This document shows positions 9,278-16,826 of a DNA stretch of 64,000 nucleotides, piece by piece (position 1 is the stretch's first letter; every line of letters begins with the position of its first letter). This stretch comes from Acidimicrobiia bacterium (GTDB taxonomy: Bacteria > Actinomycetota > Acidimicrobiia > Spongiisociales > ZC4RG35), in assembly GCA_028284765.1 (NCBI GenBank), contig JANQRA010000023.1, forward strand, positions 96,694 through 160,693, written 5' to 3'. Under the pieces are notes generated by a model that saw only the letters and a list, made by a program, of their open reading frames with translations, was not told where the DNA came from and made no database searches. The translations under genes and the position numbers were made by a program.

Positions 9278-11220
9278 GAAAACTCCTGGCCCTCATTGCG
9301 GCCCTGATGCTCGTGGCTGCGCCTGCCCTGGCGCAGACCGGCACCCAGGAGATCGAGATCGTCGATATCGACGGCTCTCGCTATCCCGAGGGTGGCCAGA
9401 CCACGATGGTCGTGGAGTTCAGGAACTTCGCGGAGGCGCCCGACCCTGCGGCCGTCGACATCACCGCTGGCGGTGAGTCGGTCTCCAATCTGGTAGTTGA
9501 GCCGATCGGCGACTCTGCTGTTCCGGTCGGAGTCGTACTCGCGCTGGACGCATCAGGGTCGATGGCGGGTGCCCCTCTGGATGCGGCCAAGACCGCAGCG
9601 TCGGACTTCATTCAGCAGGCCCGTCCGGAAGACCGAATTGCGATCATCTCGTTCGCTGACGAGGTGCAGGTTCTCGCCGGGTTCACCAACAACAAGGATT
9701 CTCTGACCTCCACGATCGAAGGGATCGAAGCCGGGGGAGAGACATCTTTCAACGACGCAGTCATCAGGGGCGTCGAACTGTTCGATGCGGTCACAGCCCA
9801 GGACCTTCTGGCCAACCTGATCGTCTTGACCGATGGAGACGACACAGCTTCGGTTGCCACTTTGGAACAAGCAGTTTCGACGGTCTCGGCCAGTGGTGTC
9901 AGAACCTTCGGTGTCGCCCTCGAGTCGCCAGACTTCAACCCTGACCCCGTCGAGCAGATCGCCACGGCCGGCGCAGGGCTCTTCTTGTCGACACCAGACC
10001 CAGAACAGCTTTCCAGCCTGTATGGCGAGATCAGCCGTGAAATCTCGAACACGCTCGTCGCGAGGTTCGTGTCACCCATCTCGACGCCTGGCGATGTTGA
10101 GTTCCAAGTTGCGTACGAGGGCCTATCCGCCACTCAAACCTTTGCAGTCTCTGGCTTTGCGACGACGACCACGACTGGCCCGACCACGACGACAACGCTC
10201 GCCCCAATCACGACGATTGTCAGCGAGTCGAGTCTTCCGCTCCCCGCGAACACTCTGTTGCTCATGGGTGCAGGCGGCATCGGTCTCACGCTGTTCTTGT
10301 TCCTCATCATCCTTTTCGGACGTGAGGATGAAGACGATCCCGGTCGCTTTGCCAAGCGTCTCCAGCAATACGGCCGCCGCAGCCAGCGCCCCGACGAAGA
10401 GAAGGGCTCGATTCTGGAGCGCATACCGCTCCTGAACCGATTCACTCAGGCTGCGGAGGAAGAGGTCAGGCGTCGTGGCATGCTCTCGGGCGTCAACTCG
10501 GCTCTCGAGCAGGCCAACATCCCAATGAGCCCTGGCGAGGCCATTCTGGGAATGATCGGTCTCTCTGCCGTCGGTGGAATCCTGGTTGCGATTTTCAACG
10601 GTGTGTTGGTGGGGCTAATCGCCTTCGGCATCTTCTTGTTCATCGTGATTTTCCTCATTCGCTACGCGGGCTCGCGTGAAAAGAAGAAGTTCGAGGCTCA
10701 GCTGCCGGACACGTTGACCTTGATGTCGACGTCACTGCGGGCTGGCTACTCGCTTCTCCAGGCGACCGAGGCCGTCTCGTCCGAGGCTCCGAACCCGACA
10801 GCTCGCGAGTTCGGAAGAGCAATCGCTGAGGCACGATTGGGCCGCACAGTCACCGGTTCTCTCGAAGGTGTGGTCGAACGTACCCAGTCGAAGGACTTCG
10901 AATGGGCAGTGATGGCCATCGAGATCCAGCGTGAGGTCGGCGGTAACTTGGCTGAGGTTCTTCAGACAGTCGCTGACACCATGCGAGCTCGAAACCGTCT
11001 CAAGGGTGAGATCAAGGCCCTCACCGCTGAGGGTCGGATCTCAGCGATCGTCCTGGGAGCCCTCCCATTCGCCGTTGGTGCGTTCCTCTGGGCCACCAAC
11101 CCGGACTACCTCGAGCCGCTCCTGACGACAACCTTTGGTCGCATCGCTATCGCAATTGGTCTGCTCCTGATGGGGGCCGGCATCTACTGGTTGAAGAAAG
11201 TCGTGGACATCGAGATATGA
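9274..11220 (+). CDS. tadB: Fusion protein: signal peptide + VWA (MIDAS) domain + Thr-rich linker + TadB-type platform (T2SSF) domain
   Basis: Signal peptide [21 protein letters not shown]. DxSxS MIDAS motif (LDASGSM) with downstream TDGDD. Linker TTTTTGPTTTTTLAPITT, then a TM helix. The C-terminal half matches TadB (LPDTLTLMSTSLRAGYSLLQA...GGNLAEVL...LTAEGRIS). Has a 4-nt overlap with cpaF. Confidence 0.85.
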   Translation: MRKLLALIAALMLVAAPALAQTGTQEIEIVDIDGSRYPEGGQTTMVVEFRNFAEAPDPAAVDITAGGESVSNLVVEPIGDSAVPVGVVLALDASGSMAGAPLDAAKTAASDFIQQARPEDRIAIISFADEVQVLAGFTNNKDSLTSTIEGIEAGGETSFNDAVIRGVELFDAVTAQDLLANLIVLTDGDDTASVATLEQAVSTVSASGVRTFGVALESPDFNPDPVEQIATAGAGLFLSTPDPEQLSSLYGEISREISNTLVARFVSPISTPGDVEFQVAYEGLSATQTFAVSGFATTTTTGPTTTTTLAPITTIVSESSLPLPANTLLLMGAGGIGLTLFLFLIILFGREDEDDPGRFAKRLQQYGRRSQRPDEEKGSILERIPLLNRFTQAAEEEVRRRGMLSGVNSALEQANIPMSPGEAILGMIGLSAVGGILVAIFNGVLVGLIAFGIFLFIVIFLIRYAGSREKKKFEAQLPDTLTLMSTSLRAGYSLLQATEAVSSEAPNPTAREFGRAIAEARLGRTVTGSLEGVVERTQSKDFEWAVMAIEIQREVGGNLAEVLQTVADTMRARNRLKGEIKALTAEGRISAIVLGALPFAVGAFLWATNPDYLEPLLTTTFGRIAIAIGLLLMGAGIYWLKKVVDIEI

Positions 11221-12152
11221 GCGGTTTTGATCCAATCCTTCTAGCCGTAGTGGCGGTGTTCGCCCTCGTGCTGTTCATCGTCGTGTGGACTGGCATGGGT
11301 GTAACCAGGGCACGTGAGGACATGGCCAATCGGCTCGAGCTGTATGGCCGGGACAACGTGGCGGGAGCCCGTGAAGACGAGCTTGCGAAACCGTTGGCAC
11401 AACGGACTGTTGGTCCGGTAGTCATTGGCATCGGGAACTTCCTGAAGAGATTCACACCGGTGGGTTATCTGGAGAAGAAGCAGCGCAAGCTGATGCTTGC
11501 TGGATACCCCGGCAATCTCGATGCTCCGGCGTTTGTTGTCATCAAGCTGCTGACGACCGCCCTTGGTTTGCTCGCAGCTTTCTTCATCGTGGACTTCGCT
11601 GGATCGAACTTCCAGAGGATCGTACTGTTTGCCATGCCGATCGTGCTCGGTTTCTTCGGACCTGACGCTTGGTTGGAGAGGAAAGTCGATGAGCGCCGGC
11701 AGGCCATGCTCAGAGCCCTTCCAGACATCCTCGACCTTCTGGTTATCTCGGTGGAAGCCGGGTTGGGTTTCGACTCTGCGCTTTCGAGGGTTGTCGCAAC
11801 GGTCCCTGGCCCTCTTTCTGAGGAATTCTTCAGAATGCTTCAGGAGACCCGAGTCGGTGTCAGCCGTAGGGACGCAATGCGCCACTTGATGGATCGGACC
11901 GACCTCGACGAGCTGCGATCGTTCTTGCTTGCCATGATTCAGGCAGAGGCGTTCGGTGTGACGATCGCCCGGGTTCTGCGTGTACAGGCCGACGAGATGC
12001 GTGTTCGCAGGCGTCAAAGGGCGCAGGAGAAGGCCTTTGCGGCACCGGTGAAGCTCGTCTTCCCCCTGGTCTTCTGCATCTTCCCGTCGCTGTTCATCGT
12101 ACTGCTGGGCCCGGCCGCGATCTCGATCTCCGAGAACTTCATCAACCGATGA
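11217..12152 (+). CDS. tadC: Tad platform protein TadC (T2SSF family)
   Basis: LPDILDLLVISVEAGLGFDSAL...RRQRAQEKAFAAPVKLVFPLVF, with TM helices at both ends. Has a 4-nt overlap with tadB. Confidence 0.88.
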   Translation: MSGFDPILLAVVAVFALVLFIVVWTGMGVTRAREDMANRLELYGRDNVAGAREDELAKPLAQRTVGPVVIGIGNFLKRFTPVGYLEKKQRKLMLAGYPGNLDAPAFVVIKLLTTALGLLAAFFIVDFAGSNFQRIVLFAMPIVLGFFGPDAWLERKVDERRQAMLRALPDILDLLVISVEAGLGFDSALSRVVATVPGPLSEEFFRMLQETRVGVSRRDAMRHLMDRTDLDELRSFLLAMIQAEAFGVTIARVLRVQADEMRVRRRQRAQEKAFAAPVKLVFPLVFCIFPSLFIVLLGPAAISISENFINR

Positions 12153-13501
12153 CCATTGCGGCGGCGGCAACGCCGTCCGGCAAACGAATCTCCTTCGGGC
12201 ATTTGTTGCTTGCCCTGCCGTGGATCGCCATTGTCATTGATGCGTGGGCGCCTATACGGGACAACTCGTTCCTGTGGCACATACGGGCCGGGACCATGCA
12301 GAGCGATGCCGGAGCGGTGCTTACCAACGACCCGTTCAGTTTCACCATGGGTGGCGAGCCATGGCTGACTCAAAGTTGGTTGGCAGAGTTGGTCTACGCA
12401 GCGGGTGAGACTGCGTTCGGAGGGCTGGGCTTCGTTCCGCCGATGATGCTCCTTCTGACGACGATCACCTTCGTATCTCTGGGCTTAGTGGCGTACCTGC
12501 GTAGCGACAGCATCACCTCGACAGGAATTGTCCTCCTGTTGGCGACGATCACGCTCATCTCGTTCCTCGTTCCCAGGCCGGTGATCTTCTCTTTTGCGTT
12601 GTTCGGGTTGGTCTTAGTCGCTTGGGAAGTGCCGAAGTTGCGCTGGACTCTCCCGTTCCTCTTCTGGGTATGGGCATCGGCACATGGGAGCTTTGCCATA
12701 GGCTTGGCGTATGTCGGACTGACCCTCCTGGCCGAGAAGGAGTGGAAATGGCTGCCTACGGTCGTTTTCGCCGGTCTGACAACGTTGCTGACGGCTCACG
12801 GGCTTGGTGTGGCACAGATGCTCCTCGACTTCGCCGGCGCACGAGAAACGCTGTCTCTGCTCAGCGAATGGCAACGTCCCGGCCTCACCGATCCTGTGTT
12901 CCTGCCATTTGTGGCTGCCGTAGCGATCATTGGGTTGGGTCTGATTCGCCGGAACGTCCCCGTGTCTCACCTCTTGGTCATCGTGCCGTTTGTCATGCTG
13001 GGAATGACTTCTTTACGAGCTGTGCCACCTGCCTTCCTTGGTCTTGTGCCGTCGCTGGCCTTGGCACTCAAGGGTCTTAAGGTCTGGACCGCTCCTCGTC
13101 TTTCGACAGGACCAGCAGCAATCGCTCTGACTGCCATCGTGGTCATGCCGTTCTTGGTGAGAGGTGACGGGCAGTTGGCGGACGACCGTTTCCCGATCGA
13201 GGCTCGGCTGGAGCTAGCCCATGTGAACACCTTTCACGACGACCGATCAGGCGGCTTCCTGATCTACACCGAAGGGCCGGAGTTTCAGGTGTTCATAGAC
13301 GATCGCGCTGAGCTCTACGGCGACCGTATGGCCGAGTTTGTGGCCGTAAGGGACGGAGAGGCCGATTGGGAGCCGCTCTTCGAGCGGGACGGAATCGAGC
13401 AGGTTCTGATGCCCACCGGATCAGAATTGTTGGCCTCGGTTGAATCTGAAGGCTGGAACACGGTCTACGAGGACGACTCCTTCACGATCCTGCGCCCGTA
13501 G
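12149..13501 (+). CDS. Polytopic membrane protein (about 10 TM) with a C-terminal soluble domain; function unknown, GT-C-like by general shape only
   Basis: 450 aa and hydrophobic throughout, with a roughly 110-aa hydrophilic C-terminus. Has a 4-nt overlap with the tadC stop, so it is probably the last gene of the tad operon. Confidence 0.7.
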   Translation: MTIAAAATPSGKRISFGHLLLALPWIAIVIDAWAPIRDNSFLWHIRAGTMQSDAGAVLTNDPFSFTMGGEPWLTQSWLAELVYAAGETAFGGLGFVPPMMLLLTTITFVSLGLVAYLRSDSITSTGIVLLLATITLISFLVPRPVIFSFALFGLVLVAWEVPKLRWTLPFLFWVWASAHGSFAIGLAYVGLTLLAEKEWKWLPTVVFAGLTTLLTAHGLGVAQMLLDFAGARETLSLLSEWQRPGLTDPVFLPFVAAVAIIGLGLIRRNVPVSHLLVIVPFVMLGMTSLRAVPPAFLGLVPSLALALKGLKVWTAPRLSTGPAAIALTAIVVMPFLVRGDGQLADDRFPIEARLELAHVNTFHDDRSGGFLIYTEGPEFQVFIDDRAELYGDRMAEFVAVRDGEADWEPLFERDGIEQVLMPTGSELLASVESEGWNTVYEDDSFTILRP

Positions 13502-13532
13502 GAACTAACTCTGCGGGATTCTCACCCAACAG

Positions 13533-13560
13533 AAAAAGACCCGCCGAGGCGGGCCTTTTC
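13533..13560. terminator. Bidirectional terminator between the convergent tad operon and flp genes
   Basis: AAAAAGACCCGCCGAGGCGGGCCTTTT: a short GC stem flanked by an A-run and a T-run. Confidence 0.55.
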
Positions 13561-13582
13561 CACTTAGATCGGTAATTGGCTA

Positions 13583-13756
13583 CTAGTCGAGGCTAGAGCC
13601 GATCTCGCTGAAGGTCTCGGAGACTGCGTCACCAGCAAGCGACACTGCAACGAGTGCCACGATGGCGATCAGCACCACGAGGAGGGCGTACTCCACCATG
13701 GAAGCACCCTTCTCTTCCTTCAGCCAGAGCGTTACCTTGGTCCACAGAGCAAGCAT
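13583..13756 (-). CDS. flp: Flp-family type IVb prepilin (57 aa), not in ORF track
   Basis: Hand translation: MLALWTKVTLWLKEEKGASMVEYALLVVLIAIVALVAVSLAGDAVSETFSEIGSSLD. It has the Flp processing motif G/ASMVEY plus a hydrophobic helix. AAGGAGGGG lies 4 nt before the ATG. Confidence 0.85.
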   Translation of the reverse strand: MLALWTKVTLWLKEEKGASMVEYALLVVLIAIVALVAVSLAGDAVSETFSEIGSSLD

Positions 13757-13846
13757 TAAACCCCTCCTTGGGTCAGATATATCTGGCTTTCAATGGGCAA
13801 ATTAGCCCACCTGGTCCCGAAAACCATGGGTCTTCCGGACCATCGA

Positions 13847-14020
13847 TCACGGACCTGCATTCGACAGATCCGAACCGATTTCGGAGTATGTCTCCGAAAG
13901 CGCGTTCCCAGCGAGTTCAACGGCAACAAACGCCACGATTGCGATCAGAACAACCAGTAGGGCGTACTCAACCATTGAGGCGCCTTTTTCGGTTGTCATC
14001 CACATTCTTATGCGTGTCAC
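13847..14020 (-). CDS. flp: Flp-family type IVb prepilin (57 aa), second copy, not in ORF track
   Basis: Hand translation: VTRIRMWMTTEKGASMVEYALLVVLIAIVAFVAVELAGNALSETYSEIGSDLSNAGP. AGGAGG lies upstream of tandem GTG codons (start 14020 or 14023). An internal ATG start is also possible. Confidence 0.8.
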   Translation of the reverse strand: MTRIRMWMTTEKGASMVEYALLVVLIAIVAFVAVELAGNALSETYSEIGSDLSNAGP

Positions 14021-14075
14021 CACAGTCCTCCTGTAAGTACACGGTCAAGTTATCGGCACTTTTGCTCATGACTGA

Positions 14076-14091
14076 TGGGTCAAATGACCCA
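14076..14091. promoter_or_regulatory. Perfect 7-2-7 palindrome TGGGTCA-AA-TGACCCA; candidate operator
   Basis: Lies between the response-regulator stop (14095) and the flp gene start (14020). The 7-2-7 geometry is the one known for NarL-family sites. Too short and too tight a loop for a good terminator. Confidence 0.4.
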
Positions 14092-14094
14092 ATC

Positions 14095-14745
14095 TCACTG
14101 AGGTCTTGCAATGCCTATTCGGATGGCCTCGATGGCTGCCTGAGTGCGGTCGCTCACGGCCAGCTTCTGGAAGATTGAGGCCAGGTGGTTCTTGACGGTT
14201 TTCTGTGAGATGTAGAGACGGTCGGCAAGCTCGTCCGTCGCAGAAACACCGATAGCGAGGAGTTGAAGAATCTCCCGCTCCCTCGCTGTCAGGGATGCCG
14301 CTCCTGGGTCAAGCTGAGCTTCACGGTAGGTCTCCAGGAGCTCATCTCGCTGCTCATCGTCGAGGTCGAGGAGGTTCTGGTCATCGGCGACTGCCCTGAC
14401 TGCGGCAGCGAGGGTGGTCAATGGAACACCCTTGGAGAAGAACCCCTTGGCACCGGCAGCGGCGGCACGCGCACGTTGCTCGTCTGAGACGTGCATCGAC
14501 ACCACAATCGCCTTCGCTTGTCGACCGATGGCACCTATGGCGTCTATGCCGTCTCCTTCGGGCATCTCGATGTCGACGATCGCCACTTCTGCCGGCTGGT
14601 TGTCGAGGGCCTCTTTCAGGGCCGGACCTGAGTCGACAACACCCACGACTCGAGCGTCGGGCAGGCTATTCAATGCCTGACTGAGACCGTCGGCAAACAG
14701 TTGGTGATCATCAGCAATCATCACTCGAATCATTTCGTCCCCCAT
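14095..14745 (-). CDS. NarL/LuxR-family response regulator
   Basis: Receiver domain (VMIADDH..VDIEMPEGDG) plus a LuxR HTH (TAREREILQLLAIGVSATDELADRLYISQKTVKNHL). An alternative ATG at 14733 forms an ATGA overlap with the kinase stop. Confidence 0.9.
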   Translation of the reverse strand: MGDEMIRVMIADDHQLFADGLSQALNSLPDARVVGVVDSGPALKEALDNQPAEVAIVDIEMPEGDGIDAIGAIGRQAKAIVVSMHVSDEQRARAAAAGAKGFFSKGVPLTTLAAAVRAVADDQNLLDLDDEQRDELLETYREAQLDPGAASLTAREREILQLLAIGVSATDELADRLYISQKTVKNHLASIFQKLAVSDRTQAAIEAIRIGIARPQ

Positions 14746-16238
14746 TCAACAGTTATGGCAGTTCCGACCCCTGGTTTTGAGTCGAATTTGATTGCGGCCC
14801 CGATCTTCGAGGCCCTTTCCTTCATTCCGGTCAAGCCGTAGTGGCCTTCGGGCTCATAAGTCGGATCGAATCCGATCCCGTCGTCAACGACTGAGATGGA
14901 TCCTCGAGCCCGGTCGACCTGGCCTGATATCACGACCTTGGTCGCTTGAGAGTGGTTGTGCGCATTTCGGGCAGCCTCGGTGATGATTGATGTCAGATCC
15001 CCAATCTGCGCCGGTCGTGGCGGACGACGTTCCTCGAGGTCGACGATCACCGGAGGATCGCCATCCAGGGGCGATATTGACTGATGGATTCGGGCGGTGA
15101 GCGTGGGACCCGGCTCGTTTCGAAGGTCAGCTACAGATGCTCGAACATCTTCCACGAGCTTGGTCACATTCGACCGCAAGACCTGGATATCCGCAGCCAG
15201 TTCGGGATGATTCGCCTGTTGCATTGCGGTCATATCCAAGGCCAGCCCTAAGGACGCCAAGGCCGGGCCAATCTCGTCGTGCATTTCTCGAGCGAGTCGT
15301 ATGCGTTCCTCTGATACCGCGGACCCGACAATGTCAGTCAGAAGACGCAGATTGGCGAAGGCCACACCAACTGGTCTGATGATCGACTCGACCGCCGACT
15401 TCTGGTCATCATCCAACTCATCTTTGGCCATCAGTTCGAGCTGGCCGACTTCATCCTCAGAGGTCGACAGCGGAAAAGTGTATTTGTGTGCGTTTTCGTC
15501 CGGGATTCCTCGAGCTGCAAGCACGACCGGGCCGTTGTCGCCGTCGATCGAGAGCTTTCCGGATGACCCAGGGAACTGCTCGAGGATTGCATCCAGCGTG
15601 TCCGCACCTACCTCAGTTGCGTTCAGCCGACCGGTGGACACGTCCTCCGCCAGCTTGAGCAGCGCGTTGTGGGTTTCTTCCAACCTCTCCAACTGAACCG
15701 TGGCTGTTTGCTTCTCGTCCGCCAGCGTGCGTGCCTGGGCGTGGATGTCGTCGAGTAGCCGGCGAATAACGCCAACGAGCAGCACGAAGATGAGATACAG
15801 CGCCATTGCGGGAGCGGCATCGATGATGGGCAGGTCCCGTGCGACCGTAACCAGAACCAGCAGCGCCCCTGACAAAGCACCGGTGGTGAGCCCGGAGCGA
15901 AAACCCCCGTAGATGGTGGCGAAAATGGGCGGACCCATTGACAGCAGCAGGTATGGGCTGGACGCTCCGCCGGTCATAGTCAGAGCGATGAGGATGACTA
16001 TCGCCCCACCGAGCGAGAAGGCTTCGGCGCCAAAGCGGACCCGAAACAGAGATTCGGGGAGCAGCGTCGTGCCGATCACATAGACACTTGCGATACCCAT
16101 GGCCACGAGAGAGCTGCTCGAGCCGTCCGACGCGATCAGCGTTGAGACGATCCCAACGGTCAGGGCCACCCATTGACCGGCGACAACTGTGCGATGGACC
16201 CGGCTCTCCCATGGAGCGGGCGTGGATTGCATGGTCAA
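14730..16238 (-). CDS. Sensor histidine kinase (HisKA_3 type) with multi-TM N-terminus
   Basis: About 5 N-terminal TM helices. H-box REMHDEIGPALASL and HATPase boxes (EAARNAHNH, VVDDGIGF, GLTGMKERA). Start is TTG 16238 or ATG 16232. Confidence 0.88.
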   Translation of the reverse strand: MTMQSTPAPWESRVHRTVVAGQWVALTVGIVSTLIASDGSSSSLVAMGIASVYVIGTTLLPESLFRVRFGAEAFSLGGAIVILIALTMTGGASSPYLLLSMGPPIFATIYGGFRSGLTTGALSGALLVLVTVARDLPIIDAAPAMALYLIFVLLVGVIRRLLDDIHAQARTLADEKQTATVQLERLEETHNALLKLAEDVSTGRLNATEVGADTLDAILEQFPGSSGKLSIDGDNGPVVLAARGIPDENAHKYTFPLSTSEDEVGQLELMAKDELDDDQKSAVESIIRPVGVAFANLRLLTDIVGSAVSEERIRLAREMHDEIGPALASLGLALDMTAMQQANHPELAADIQVLRSNVTKLVEDVRASVADLRNEPGPTLTARIHQSISPLDGDPPVIVDLEERRPPRPAQIGDLTSIITEAARNAHNHSQATKVVISGQVDRARGSISVVDDGIGFDPTYEPEGHYGLTGMKERASKIGAAIKFDSKPGVGTAITVEWGTK

Positions 16239-16256
16239 AGGCTACCTTTGGGTCTC

Positions 16257-16823
16257 ATGGGTCACGGGAACCGGTGGATGTTGAGTGGTGGGCTGGCTTC
16301 GGGGAAGTCTCATGTCAGGAAGCTTCTCGCCGAACACGGCATCTGGACGCTGGACGCTGATTCTGTGGGACATCAGCTGCTGGAGCCTGGGGGAGAAGCG
16401 GTGGAGTCGATCACTGACCGATGGCCGGCAGCCGTTTCGGCCGGCACCATCGACAGGGGAGTATTGGCTTCGATCGTCTTCAAGGATCCGAGTGAGCTTC
16501 GAGAACTCGAGGCGATAACCCATCCACTGATTTTCGGCACAATTCAGCAAACAGTGGAGGAGATTCGAGGACCGGCCGTGGTTGAGCTTCCCTTGCTCAA
16601 ATCACTGGGAGACGAATGGTCGAGAATCGTTGTTGATGTCGAGCCGGCCAACCAACTCCGATGGGCCATCGATCGAGGGATGGATGAGGACGATGCGCAG
16701 GCTCGACTTCAGAGTCAGCCCGCACGGTCCGAGTGGCTGGCTGCCGCCGACGTTGTGGTTCCGAACCACGGCAGCAGGGAGGATCTTGAGCTAACGGTGA
16801 TGGCCCTTCTAGACGATCTATAG
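16257..16823 (+). CDS. coaE: Dephospho-CoA kinase
   Basis: P-loop LSGGLASGKSHV close to the N-terminus if ATG 16257 is used. The tracked start at 16173 overlaps the divergent kinase gene. The position between rpsA and uvrB matches actinobacterial synteny. Confidence 0.8.
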   Translation: MGHGNRWMLSGGLASGKSHVRKLLAEHGIWTLDADSVGHQLLEPGGEAVESITDRWPAAVSAGTIDRGVLASIVFKDPSELRELEAITHPLIFGTIQQTVEEIRGPAVVELPLLKSLGDEWSRIVVDVEPANQLRWAIDRGMDEDDAQARLQSQPARSEWLAAADVVVPNHGSREDLELTVMALLDDL

Positions 16824-16826
16824 ATC

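Noticed and set aside
11241-12170. 309-aa minus-strand ORF fully antisense to tadC. Similar long antisense or alternative-frame ORFs occur at 1364..2098, 7480..8145, 18239..18910, 36218..37174, 38114..38821, 51431..52237, 54914..55777 and 61086..61859.
   Set aside because: Each overlaps a gene with clear family motifs on the other strand or frame. Their translations are Arg/Pro/Gly/His-rich and low in complexity. Long stop-free shadow frames are expected at this GC content.
13654-14178. 174-aa + strand ORF spanning the gap between the tad operon and the response regulator
   Set aside because: It is antisense to two well-formed Flp prepilin genes that have SD sequences. Its translation is Pro/Arg/Ser-rich with no motif, typical of a wrong-strand frame in GC-rich DNA.
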